Assembly: GCA_015520425.1 (NCBI GenBank)
Contig: WAQC01000068.1
Span: 1-44,508 of the forward strand
Origin: Candidatus Pelearchaeum sp.
GTDB taxonomy: Archaea > Thermoproteota > Nitrososphaeria_A > Caldarchaeales > Caldarchaeaceae
Direction of reading: 5' to 3'
Length of the DNA stretch: 44,508 nucleotides
The translations under genes were made by a program, and so were the position numbers. Shown piece by piece: positions 34,441-43,421 of the stretch. The number at the start of each line of letters is the position of its first letter. The stretch's first letter is position 1. The notes beneath the pieces were generated by a model. The model did no database searches, was not told the origin of the DNA, and worked only from the letters and a program-made list of their open reading frames with translations.

Positions 34441-34869
34441 TTATTTCAGCCGTATTAGATAGAGCGCTGTCCCCAGATAGAAGCCGAAAACCAACAGCGC
34501 TACGCCCATGTGTGTAGTTACCAAGAGGGGGTGGAGTAGGCTGAAGATTACCTGGGCTCCTACGAAGAAGACCTGCACGGTTATCGCTACTAGGCCAGCT
34601 AGCGCCATTCTCCTAGCAGGCTTGAGCTCCTCCTCGCCCCTCTTACTGAGCACCAATGAGGTGGTAACGGCTAGGATGAAGCTCAGCATAGCAACTCCGC
34701 GATGGAGGAACTCTACCAAAATCCCGAAGCTAGTTATCTCAGGGCAGAGAGGCCAGTCTGGACAAGCCAAACCAGCCCCAATCTTACTCACATAAGTGCC
34801 TATGAGCATGGTAGAGTATATCACGATTACAGTAGTGAATGAGAGGAGCTTCACATGCTTAGGCACCAT
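34441..34869 (-). CDS. ctaA: Short (four-helix) heme A synthase-like protein (CtaA/COX15-related)
   Basis: 142 aa. GAGLACPDWPLCP motif and His-containing helices (EFLHRG; TTHMG). Size resembles the half-length CtaA described for Aeropyrum. Confidence 0.6.
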   Translation of the reverse strand: MVPKHVKLLSFTTVIVIYSTMLIGTYVSKIGAGLACPDWPLCPEITSFGILVEFLHRGVAMLSFILAVTTSLVLSKRGEEELKPARRMALAGLVAITVQVFFVGAQVIFSLLHPLLVTTHMGVALLVFGFYLGTALYLIRLK

Positions 34870-34944
34870 GTAATACCATCCTCCATTTCTTATTAGAAAT
34901 GGGCTGATATCTTCGCCTAATAGATTTTATTATCAATTGAAGAC

Positions 34945-35838
34945 TCAGCTAAAGCTTGGCTCCACCTCTCTGGTGAAGATTTTCATGTCTTCTATGATTT
35001 TGTCGGTTTGTTTATCGCCGAAGTTGAGAACGAAATAAGTAGCTCCAGCCTCCGCGTAAGGTGTGAGCTGCTCTATCACTTGTTGAGGCCTGCCACTCAA
35101 CATGACCCGCCTCATACCAGTTGGAGCAACAGTCTCGCGAGGAGATTTTCCTGAAAGGTCTACCGAGAACCGTCCAGAAACCACAAACCCCTCGCGGTTT
35201 GATGATTGTACTAGCCTAATCCTGTCATGGAACTCGTCAAGCGGTATCCCTGAGAAGTGCCACCCATCAGCTAGGCTTAACGCGCGCCTAACCGCTGCCC
35301 GCGAGTGGCCTCCGAGCCATATTGGTGGGCCATCAGGCTGTATTGGCCTTGGGTCAAATACAGCGCTCTCTATTTTGTGGTATTTTCCTACGAATGTGGG
35401 GCTGCGGCTTGACCATAGTGTTTTGAGCAGTTTAAGCTGTTCGCTGAACAGCTCCCCTCTACCTTTAAATGGGGCTCCTAGGTTTCTAAACTCCTCCTCA
35501 GCCCATCCTACTGCAAAGCCAGCTATGAGGCGGCCGCCGCTAAGGTTATCAAGCGTCGCCAGCTCCTTCGCAGTTATCACAGCGTTGCGCATGGGTAGTA
35601 CTATTATTGAGGTTCCAAGCTTTACCCGCTGGGTTATTGCAGCGACGTATGAGAGTGTAATGAGAGGTTCGTAGATTCTGCCGTAGGGGTAGCTTAGGTT
35701 GCGGGGCATTAGTATGTGGTCGGTAACCCATATTGAGTCGTAGCCTAGCTCCTCGGCTGCCTTTGCTATTTTCGTGATGCTCTCCCTGCTGGAGTTTTTA
35801 CCGAAGTTGGGTAGGCATACACCGAACTTAACCCTCAA
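34945..35838 (-). CDS. LLM-class (luciferase-like) F420-dependent oxidoreductase
   Basis: 297 aa. MRVKFGVCLPNFG...ELGYDSIWVTDHI and LSGGRLIAGFAVGW are typical of the LLM family. Confidence 0.8.
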   Translation of the reverse strand: MRVKFGVCLPNFGKNSSRESITKIAKAAEELGYDSIWVTDHILMPRNLSYPYGRIYEPLITLSYVAAITQRVKLGTSIIVLPMRNAVITAKELATLDNLSGGRLIAGFAVGWAEEEFRNLGAPFKGRGELFSEQLKLLKTLWSSRSPTFVGKYHKIESAVFDPRPIQPDGPPIWLGGHSRAAVRRALSLADGWHFSGIPLDEFHDRIRLVQSSNREGFVVSGRFSVDLSGKSPRETVAPTGMRRVMLSGRPQQVIEQLTPYAEAGATYFVLNFGDKQTDKIIEDMKIFTREVEPSFS

Positions 35839-35861
35839 GGCTCAATACCCACCAACGCTAC

Positions 35862-37241
35862 TCAACCTTTGCCAGACGATACCTTTTCGGCCAGTCTCAG
35901 AACCTTCCTAGCAACGTCAATAGCGTCGCTTCCTATAACCAGCATCATAGGCTCCTTCCCAATATCCCCGTCGTGATAAATCACATCAGGCACGCCGCCA
36001 TATGCCTTGATAGCCTCCTCAACACCCCAAGGAATTGTCATGCCCTCAACATCCTTTATCTCAGGCGGCTCCCTACGCCTGTCATAGCTTGATATGGAGT
36101 AGCCAAGCTCAATAGCGGCGTTTAGTATCTCGTCATTTTTCTTAATGTTAATCGCGCTACGCATGGATTTGCTGTACTTCATTATTGTGAGTATGGCGCT
36201 GGCCACGTGGCGTGAAGCGCCGAAGCGGGGCTCTGAGACAGCTCTGACCCTATTACCAATCCTGACAATACGCCCAGGGACGGCTGCCACATCATCATAA
36301 CCCCTAGCACCATCAATAGCCATGGCAAGGTTCATCTGAGACTCAGGGACGAGGAGGTGAATGTTAGGGTCTGCTGTTATCAGCTCAAGAGCCTCCCGCA
36401 TAGTAAGTAGTGTTCTATACCTCCTAGCATCTTGTAAAACCATCGCCACTGGGTTCACGGGGCCGTGTCCAGAGCCTATGGCTAGGCCGTTCCTAATCGC
36501 CTGCGTAACGAAGGTTTTGGCTTCTTTCACCGCCTCGCTTACGCTAAGTCCCTTAGCAAGGCCAGCGGCTATGGCTGAGGCGAAGACGCATCCAGTTCCA
36601 TGCGTGTTCTTTGTATCTACGCGTGGTGCTTCAAAGTAGTAGAACTTCTCGGCGTGGTAAAGCACGTCAACCACATTCCTGCCAGTTAGGTGTCCCCCCT
36701 TTACCACTGCGGCCCTAGCTCCTCTATCTACCAGCATCTTCGCAGCACGCTTCTGGTCATCCAGCGTCTTTATCTTAACACCAGTGAGCGCCTCAGCCTC
36801 GGCCGCGTTGGGTGTTACAACAAGAGCTAGGGGTATCAGCTTGGTGAGTAACGTCTCTATAGCGTCTTCGCGAATTAGCCTGGCGCCGCTCTTGGCTACC
36901 GCTACAGGGTCAACCACTATGGGCGCGTCTATTGATGAAAGCTCATCAGCTACAGCCTCAATAATATCCGAGGTGTGTAGCATTCCTGTCTTAATGGCGT
37001 CAACCCCTATATCCTCAACCACAACCCGTATCTGCTCGCGTATTATCTCGGCTGGAATATCTTGTATGGCCGTAACCTTGGCCGTGTTCTGCGCTGTTAT
37101 TGAGGTTATGGCGGACATTCCATGAACTCCTAAGGCTGCGAATGTCTTGAGGTCTGCTTGTATCCCTGCGCCGCCTCCTGAGTCTGAGCCAGCTATAGTT
37201 AGAGCGCACGGTATTTTCAAACCCTGCACCACCCTTGCCAC
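35862..37241 (-). CDS. thiDN: Bifunctional HMP/HMP-P kinase plus thiamine-phosphate synthase (ThiD-ThiN fusion)
   Basis: 459 aa. N-terminal ThiD motifs ([21 protein letters not shown]; [15 protein letters not shown]). The C-terminal ~190 aa are ThiN-like. Confidence 0.85.
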   Translation of the reverse strand: MARVVQGLKIPCALTIAGSDSGGGAGIQADLKTFAALGVHGMSAITSITAQNTAKVTAIQDIPAEIIREQIRVVVEDIGVDAIKTGMLHTSDIIEAVADELSSIDAPIVVDPVAVAKSGARLIREDAIETLLTKLIPLALVVTPNAAEAEALTGVKIKTLDDQKRAAKMLVDRGARAAVVKGGHLTGRNVVDVLYHAEKFYYFEAPRVDTKNTHGTGCVFASAIAAGLAKGLSVSEAVKEAKTFVTQAIRNGLAIGSGHGPVNPVAMVLQDARRYRTLLTMREALELITADPNIHLLVPESQMNLAMAIDGARGYDDVAAVPGRIVRIGNRVRAVSEPRFGASRHVASAILTIMKYSKSMRSAINIKKNDEILNAAIELGYSISSYDRRREPPEIKDVEGMTIPWGVEEAIKAYGGVPDVIYHDGDIGKEPMMLVIGSDAIDVARKVLRLAEKVSSGKG

Positions 37242-37268
37242 TCGCCTAATAAACTAATAAACCGATGA

Positions 37269-37838
37269 TTAAAGCATGACAACCCTATCCATGTGATGCT
37301 TAAGCTCTTCCACTAGAAGTCTCTCTCTACGGCTTATTCCAGAGCCATAATCTTCTGCCAGGCTTGAGCCGTAGTATGCTGTGCCTATGAATGTTCGGCT
37401 AATTCTAATAATGTTTAGCAGCTCATCCAGCTCGCCCGCGTGTAGGAAGATTGTTAAGTCATTTATCGCCAGTAATGGTCGTGGGTTTTCCATGTATTGT
37501 TTAAAGAGTATTCTGGCGTTTTCTGCGTTATGCTTAGCGTAGCGTATTACATCATCTAGGTTGCAGGCTTGTGTGCGCGGAGCGTAGATGCGGTCAGGTC
37601 TTAGATAGACAGTTTCGCTGGGTAGCTTGGTATACTCGGTTAGTGTTCCTCCTATCTTTCCCATACGCGGGGGCGCTAGGTCTATAACAGTCATCTCTCT
37701 CGCATGGCCTTCTGCAACTAGCTGCTCTAGTAGCTCGGCCAGCACGCGGGTTTTCCCAGTACCTACCTCGCCTATGATGAGCGTCTTTAGGCCGAGAATC
37801 TCCCCTCTATCTATTCCTGAGAAGGCCGAACCCCTCAA
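37269..37838 (-). CDS. Uncharacterised small P-loop NTPase/kinase
   Basis: 189 aa. Walker A GEVGTGKT, then TVIDLAPP, and a Walker-B-like LLAINDL. No ABC signature (LSGGQ). Overlaps the upstream ThiW-like gene by 32 nt. Confidence 0.5.
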   Translation of the reverse strand: MRGSAFSGIDRGEILGLKTLIIGEVGTGKTRVLAELLEQLVAEGHAREMTVIDLAPPRMGKIGGTLTEYTKLPSETVYLRPDRIYAPRTQACNLDDVIRYAKHNAENARILFKQYMENPRPLLAINDLTIFLHAGELDELLNIIRISRTFIGTAYYGSSLAEDYGSGISRRERLLVEELKHHMDRVVML

Positions 37839-38382
37839 GGCTCAGTAGCACTAGGTATCCAATTATGCTTCCTGGTATTGAGCTTGCTGCCCATCCCCAG
37901 TAGAATGTGGTTAGTGCTCCGAATAGGCCGAGGCTCTCTATCAGCTGGGCTGATTTATGCCCTATTGCGGGTGCCACTACGAGTAGTGAGAATGTCCCGC
38001 CTATGAGTACTGTTCCCACAGGCTCAAAGAGCGCCGCCACTAGGGCTTTTCTCCTACCTATCCAACGCCGCAGGATGCGGTAAACCAAGCCAACCACCAC
38101 GGCCCCTGGTATCCCACCTGGAAAAGCGAAGACAGTCCCTATGCCGACCGCGTTCCTGTATATCCCAACCAGTATAGCTACCAGCGACGCCCACCATGGG
38201 CCTATCATCACGCCACCAACCGCGTTAACGAGGTGTTGGCCTGGGAAGGCTAGGGTTCCGAAGAATGGGAAGAAGAATGTATGAGCTAGTATTATGCCCA
38301 GCCCTGTGAAGACCGTCGTGTATGCTATATTTACGGAGACGGGCTTCTTGATTTCTTTCTGGGCGCTTGTGTCTGGGGGCAT
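37807..38382 (-). CDS. ThiW-like membrane protein (ECF S-component-like; candidate thiazole precursor transporter)
   Basis: 191 aa with about 5-6 TM helices. IGPWWAS and FPGGIPGAV resemble ThiW/S-component motifs. Adjacent to the thiamine genes. Assignment tentative. Confidence 0.45.
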   Translation of the reverse strand: MPPDTSAQKEIKKPVSVNIAYTTVFTGLGIILAHTFFFPFFGTLAFPGQHLVNAVGGVMIGPWWASLVAILVGIYRNAVGIGTVFAFPGGIPGAVVVGLVYRILRRWIGRRKALVAALFEPVGTVLIGGTFSLLVVAPAIGHKSAQLIESLGLFGALTTFYWGWAASSIPGSIIGYLVLLSLEGFGLLRNR

Positions 38383-38432
38383 GCTGTTGGTGGCGGGCTT
38401 TAGGGGAGAATATAACCATAGATATAAGCGGC

Positions 38433-38867
38433 TTATCGCTCAGCCCAAACCCATCTATCACTCGTTAAGTAATTGACGAGAGTCCCAGCACCTATCGCTA
38501 TGATGTTAGAGAGCAGATAGTATAGGCCAGCTATGTCGGTCAATATATAGAGAACGGCTAGATTGGTAATCATGCCGAGAAGACGTGAGCCATGAAACTT
38601 GAGGAGACGCATAAACCATCCATCAGATACGCGCCTATCACCAAACGTCCATACATCATTCCAGTAGAAGTTGTTTATGATTGAGGCCTCTATGCTTATG
38701 ATGGCTGAAAGCATGTAGAGGCGCTCACCAAAAACGTAGGTCGTTAAAAGCCATAGAAGACCCATATTGACAACGAGGCCTGAAAGGCCTACTCCTCCAA
38801 ATCTCACCAAGCGGACTATGGGAATCTTAGCCAATAGATGCTGCAGAGTATTACGCCTAGTTTTCAT
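38433..38867 (-). CDS. GtrA-family membrane protein
   Basis: 144 aa, four TM helices. LVRFGGVGLSGLVVNMGLLWLL and the C-terminal NYLTSDRWVW are typical of GtrA-like proteins. Confidence 0.75.
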   Translation of the reverse strand: MKTRRNTLQHLLAKIPIVRLVRFGGVGLSGLVVNMGLLWLLTTYVFGERLYMLSAIISIEASIINNFYWNDVWTFGDRRVSDGWFMRLLKFHGSRLLGMITNLAVLYILTDIAGLYYLLSNIIAIGAGTLVNYLTSDRWVWAER

Positions 38868-38930
38868 TCAACGTATCTAATCTTGTCATCATTTTAACGT
38901 GCTTAAATAATGTTTCACCAATCATATTTA

Positions 38931-40028
38931 CTACTGGAAGAATGTTAGGCTTGTCTGCCTGGATGCGGGTTTTAGGTCAAAGAGTCTTACACCAGCTCTA
39001 CGTAGCATGAGGCTGGGCTGTTCATTTAGGAGTGCATTAAAGAGATGTCTTACGGTATCCATTAGAAGCTGTCTATCAACAGGCTCGTTTAAAGTCTTGG
39101 AACGCGTAATGATGCGAAGGTTTGTTGAGATTGCTATTATACCAACGCCAGAGAAGGATACACCCATACTCTCCGCTTTGGTCAAAACATCATTAATGGG
39201 TGTGGATAGCTGGCGCATTATCTCTTCAACGTCGCGCGTGTTTTGTTTCAGGGTTATTATCCTGCTTATCTGCTTCCTCTCACGCCTCTCCGCGACTGGC
39301 TCGTAATACTCGCCGCGCGCTGCCAGCTTCAGGTAGGTGGCTGTCTTCTCTCCCACTAGTTGGTGGAGCTTATCCATGCTAAGCTGGGCCAGGTCTCCTA
39401 TAGTCTTAACACCAAGCTCAGCCAGCTTTGTACGCAGCTTCTCGCCAACGCCTGGGAGCTTCTCAACAGGTAGCTCAGCTAAGAAGGAGGATGTCTCCTC
39501 TGGCTTCACTATACGTAGTCCATCGGGCTTAGCTACGTCAGCGGCTATCTTAGCCACAACCTTATTACACGCTATCCCAATCGTGCATTTAAGCCCCAGC
39601 AACTCGCGTATTCTTCTCTTAATCTCAGAACCAAGTTCCATAGCCTTAGAGTAATCATCACCAACGCGTGATGATATGTCTAGAGAAGCCTCATCTATAC
39701 TCTCCACCTCCACGACGTCGGCGAACTCGCGTAGAATCTCCATAACCTGCTCAGATATTTGGGCATACTCATCTCGTCGCATAGGTAGGAAGACCGCATC
39801 CGTGCCCTTGAGTAGCGCTTTGGCGCGCACTATTGGTATTCCCGCTTTAACTCCATACCTGCGGGCTATGTAGTTGGCTGAGCTCACAACACCGCTGTCC
39901 TCTGTCCTGCCTGAGTATACGCAGACCACCACTGGTTTATCCGCTATCCCTGGGTTGCGAAGCTCCTCAATCTGGGCGAAGAAATAGTCAAGGTCTATAT
40001 GCGCTACTACTTGGCCTTTCCTTTTCAT
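38931..40028 (-). CDS. dinB: Y-family DNA polymerase IV (Dpo4/DinB)
   Basis: 365 aa. HIDLDYFFAQIEE, SIDEASLD, LPVEKLPGVGEK. Confidence 0.9.
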   Translation of the reverse strand: MKRKGQVVAHIDLDYFFAQIEELRNPGIADKPVVVCVYSGRTEDSGVVSSANYIARRYGVKAGIPIVRAKALLKGTDAVFLPMRRDEYAQISEQVMEILREFADVVEVESIDEASLDISSRVGDDYSKAMELGSEIKRRIRELLGLKCTIGIACNKVVAKIAADVAKPDGLRIVKPEETSSFLAELPVEKLPGVGEKLRTKLAELGVKTIGDLAQLSMDKLHQLVGEKTATYLKLAARGEYYEPVAERRERKQISRIITLKQNTRDVEEIMRQLSTPINDVLTKAESMGVSFSGVGIIAISTNLRIITRSKTLNEPVDRQLLMDTVRHLFNALLNEQPSLMLRRAGVRLFDLKPASRQTSLTFFQ

Positions 40029-40489
40029 GAGCGTTTTTTGAGCGGTATGGCGTTGGTCTCCTTAATAGTCCTAAGAACTATCCTCGTCTCCGTAGCTACC
40101 ACGCCATCCAGCTTGCCTATCTCATCCAGCAATTTGGCCAGAGTATCCCTATCACGCGTCCTGAGCTTAACCAAGCAGTAATAGTCTCCCGTGACATCAT
40201 GGACCTCCTGCACCTCCTCAAGGCTGGCCAGGCTCTTAAGGAGGTTGTCATACTTGCTTGGATGAGCCCTTACCGCTACGAATGCAGCCAATCCATGGCC
40301 TAGCTTCTCCTCGTTCAAAACGGCTTGAAAACGCTTTATATACCCGTTTTTAAGCAGCTTCTGAACACGCGTATAGACAGCAGCCTCGCTAATGCCCAGC
40401 TTCCTAGCCATATCTGAGTAGGAAACCCTGCCGTTCTCTTGGAGCATGCCCAGTATTATCAGGTCCTTATCGTCTATGGATTGCTGCAC
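40025..40489 (-). CDS. lrp: Lrp/AsnC-family transcriptional regulator
   Basis: 154 aa. DDKDLIILGMLQENGRVSYSDMARKLGISEAAVYTRVQKL plus a C-terminal RAM/ACT-like domain. 4-nt overlap with the dinB start. Confidence 0.9.
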   Translation of the reverse strand: MQQSIDDKDLIILGMLQENGRVSYSDMARKLGISEAAVYTRVQKLLKNGYIKRFQAVLNEEKLGHGLAAFVAVRAHPSKYDNLLKSLASLEEVQEVHDVTGDYYCLVKLRTRDRDTLAKLLDEIGKLDGVVATETRIVLRTIKETNAIPLKKRS

Positions 40490-40569
40490 GCCATTATGAA
40501 AGTTAGCATCGGTATAAAAACATGCTTATCGTTAATAAGGTCTTTTCCGCCTATTTTTTGGGAGGCTAG

Positions 40570-41523
40570 GTGGTTTTGGGGGGTGTGGTTATAGTTAAAG
40601 GGCCTGAGTTGCTTAGGTATAGCTTCCCAGGCAGCCATCCTCTTACGAGTGTGAGGCTTGAGCGTTTTTATGAGCGGCTTGAGCGTGAGCTGGGGAACGC
40701 GAGTGGTGTGCGTTTCATCAAGCCCCGCATGGCGTCGGAGGAGGAGCTAACCCTTTTCCATACTGCGCGTTATGTGGAGTATGTGAAGAGGATGTGTGAG
40801 AGGGGGTATGGGTATCTGGACTATGGTGATACTCCAGCGTATAGGGGAGGGTATGAGGCTGCGTCCTACGTAGTTGGGAGCACGCTGGAGCTGTGTAGGC
40901 TTGTTCTCAGAGGCGAGACTAAGCGCGGCTTTAATCCTATGGGCGGCCTACACCACGCGCGACGGGACACCGCTGGCGGGTTCTGCATATTCAACGATGT
41001 GGGAGTAGCTATACACTACCTACTTGACAGACATGGGCTTAAACGCGTGGCCTACGTGGATATAGACGCGCATCACGGCGATGGTGTATGCTATGACTTC
41101 TACAGCGATGAGCGCGTAATCTTCGCGGACATACATCAAGATGGAAGAACACTATACCCTGGGACAGGGTTTGAGCACGAGATAGGTGAAGGAAATGCTA
41201 AGGGGCTTAAGCTTAACATACCACTACCACCCTACGCTGGGGATGAGGAGTTTATACAAGCGTTTGGAAGGATAGAAGAATTCTTAGGAAAGCATGAGTT
41301 TGACATAATCCTCTTTCAGTGCGGTGCTGATGGGCTTATGGGAGACCCAATAACCAACCTACAATACAGCCCCAGGGCGCATGAGCACGCCGCCAAGCGG
41401 CTACTTGAGCTTTCAGAGCGTAAGTGTGGTGGTCGTATAATAGCGATGGGCGGGGGTGGATACAACCCCGACAACGTAGCGGCCGCTTGGATGGCTGTGG
41501 TGAAAACCTTTGCAGAATACTGA
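40570..41523 (+). CDS. Histone deacetylase-family (AcuC/class I-II HDAC-like) deacetylase
   Basis: 317 aa. GGLHHARRDTAGGFCIFNDV, DIDAHHGDGV, GGGGYN. Confidence 0.85.
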   Translation: MVLGGVVIVKGPELLRYSFPGSHPLTSVRLERFYERLERELGNASGVRFIKPRMASEEELTLFHTARYVEYVKRMCERGYGYLDYGDTPAYRGGYEAASYVVGSTLELCRLVLRGETKRGFNPMGGLHHARRDTAGGFCIFNDVGVAIHYLLDRHGLKRVAYVDIDAHHGDGVCYDFYSDERVIFADIHQDGRTLYPGTGFEHEIGEGNAKGLKLNIPLPPYAGDEEFIQAFGRIEEFLGKHEFDIILFQCGADGLMGDPITNLQYSPRAHEHAAKRLLELSERKCGGRIIAMGGGGYNPDNVAAAWMAVVKTFAEY

Positions 41524-42112
41524 GTATGGAAGGCCGCGGATTGGTAAGAAGGGGATTAGAGCGTTAGGTGTTGCTGAGAGTTTCCATAAGAAGCTGGGAA
41601 GCAGAGCTGTCCTCGCAGCGGTAGCCATGAGGTCAGACTTGGTTGTGGATGGTATGGTGTTGGGAACATGCACTGTAGGCGGGATGGACGCTACAGACAG
41701 CATAATAACCCTATGGAAGGCGATGGGCAGAGATGACATCCAGCTCGTAATGCTTAACGGCTGCGTAATAAGCTGGTTCAACGTCATAGACCTAACGAAG
41801 CTTCACCAAGAGCTGAAGAGACCAATAATATGCCTAACCTATGAAGAGTCGGCTGGAATAGAGAACTATTTCCGCAGATATTTTCCAGAAGACTGGGAGG
41901 AGAGGCTAAGGATACACCTGCGGAATGGTGAGCGGTGTAGGATAACGCTTAAGACGGGTTTTGATGTCTTCATAAGGTCTTTAGGTATTGACGCAGATTA
42001 TTCCAAGAAGGTCTTGGATAAGTTTACGCTTCATGGGAAGTATCCAGAGCCTATAAGGCTGGCTAAGATGGCCGCGCACTCGGTCTTGGAGATGCTCAGC
42101 CTAGGCGCGTAG
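41510..42112 (+). CDS. DUF99/UPF0215-family protein
   Basis: 200 aa. The N-terminal IRALGVAESF pattern and size fit the archaeal UPF0215 family. 14-nt overlap with the deacetylase gene. Confidence 0.65.
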   Translation: MQNTEYGRPRIGKKGIRALGVAESFHKKLGSRAVLAAVAMRSDLVVDGMVLGTCTVGGMDATDSIITLWKAMGRDDIQLVMLNGCVISWFNVIDLTKLHQELKRPIICLTYEESAGIENYFRRYFPEDWEERLRIHLRNGERCRITLKTGFDVFIRSLGIDADYSKKVLDKFTLHGKYPEPIRLAKMAAHSVLEMLSLGA

Positions 42113-42114
42113 CA

Positions 42115-43395
42115 TTAGAGGGTAAGCTCGCCAGTCGCTACGCCTGCCTTGGCTCTCTCTTTGCTTGTCATAGAAAAAACATGCCTTAACAGATTCTCAT
42201 ACGCGGTTGTCATGCTCCTCTTACGCCTCTCCATCATCCGCCTAGCGGTTTTGATGGCCGAATCTAGGTAAAGCTCCATGCTGCCGAATCCGAGAGTCTC
42301 GCCATATATTGTGAATGATGGGACATCGCGCATAACCACCCCATACAAGTGCGAAGAGACTCCTATCCTCTTGCCGCTGAATATCAACGTACCTATAGCG
42401 GTTTTGGCGTGGTCGCCTATGAAGCAGCCCACAAACATTCTCCCAGTATCAACCTCCGTCTCGCCTATGCGTATCTTGATTGTGCCGTAGGTGTTCTTCA
42501 GGTCTGAGTTTGTTGTTCCAGCTCCTAGATTAACCCACTCACCAACGTATGCGTGGCCTATGTAGCCGTAGTGCCGCTTGTTAGAGTATGCGTGGAAGAT
42601 TGTTGCCTCTACCTCGCCCCCGACACGGCATACGTCGCCTATGCTGCATCCCTCGCGTATTTGCGCTCCGAAGATTATACAGTCCCGCCCTATGAATGAT
42701 GGTCCAGAAATCCGCGAATGCGCTTGTATATACGTTCCCTCCCCCACGTAAATCGGCCCAGCACGCGCGTCTAGTATTGTTCCAGACTCAACAAAAGCAT
42801 CCTTAGCTATGAAAATGCTTCCCGCATCGCCATATATCTTAACGCCATCATCCACTTCGCCCTCCCACTCGCCGCCTCTAAACTCCTCGGCCACCAGCTT
42901 ACCATTCATCTCAAAGAGCGTCCAAGGATATGTGAGAAGACATTCCTCATTAATCGTAAGCTTCCTACCCGCTAGCTCAATTATGGCGTGGCTTAAGCCG
43001 TGACCGCTTGTTAACGCTTTTCTTATTTTTTCGTCCTCAAAACTCTTCTCGTCTAAATGTGCCGCAACTATTCTATCGTTGCTGATTACCGCTACCCCCT
43101 CCTCACGTAGTTTTTCAAGTATTTTATCTGGCATGTTGTTTGGAAGAAGACCATTAACCAGAAGTGTTGAGTCATCTATTCTGTCAAAATTATTTACCCT
43201 CTCTCCATACTTCTCTACTTGTGTGGGTTTTAGATACTCGCGGCAGAATAGGAGAACGTCTCCCTCGTGTTCTATCTTCTCCGCTATTTTCTGCATTATT
43301 TGGGATGTTCCTATGAAGAGCTCGTAGGTGGGTCTTGTGAGTGTTAGTGGTGAGAAGTTGGTTGTTGCTTCGTCTTCAAAGATTGCAAGCCTCAT
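42115..43395 (-). CDS. Nucleotidyltransferase-fold plus left-handed beta-helix protein lacking the GxGxR nucleotide-binding signature
   Basis: 426 aa. The N-terminus reads MRLAIFEDEATTNFSPLTLTRP where active enzymes have G-x-G-x-R. The C-terminal half shows hexapeptide-repeat character (IGDVCRVGGEVE..; VGEWVNLGAGTT..). Confidence 0.6.
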   Translation of the reverse strand: MRLAIFEDEATTNFSPLTLTRPTYELFIGTSQIMQKIAEKIEHEGDVLLFCREYLKPTQVEKYGERVNNFDRIDDSTLLVNGLLPNNMPDKILEKLREEGVAVISNDRIVAAHLDEKSFEDEKIRKALTSGHGLSHAIIELAGRKLTINEECLLTYPWTLFEMNGKLVAEEFRGGEWEGEVDDGVKIYGDAGSIFIAKDAFVESGTILDARAGPIYVGEGTYIQAHSRISGPSFIGRDCIIFGAQIREGCSIGDVCRVGGEVEATIFHAYSNKRHYGYIGHAYVGEWVNLGAGTTNSDLKNTYGTIKIRIGETEVDTGRMFVGCFIGDHAKTAIGTLIFSGKRIGVSSHLYGVVMRDVPSFTIYGETLGFGSMELYLDSAIKTARRMMERRKRSMTTAYENLLRHVFSMTSKERAKAGVATGELTL

Positions 43396-43421
43396 CTGTC
43401 CAGCATCCTCCTGGGCTGGAT

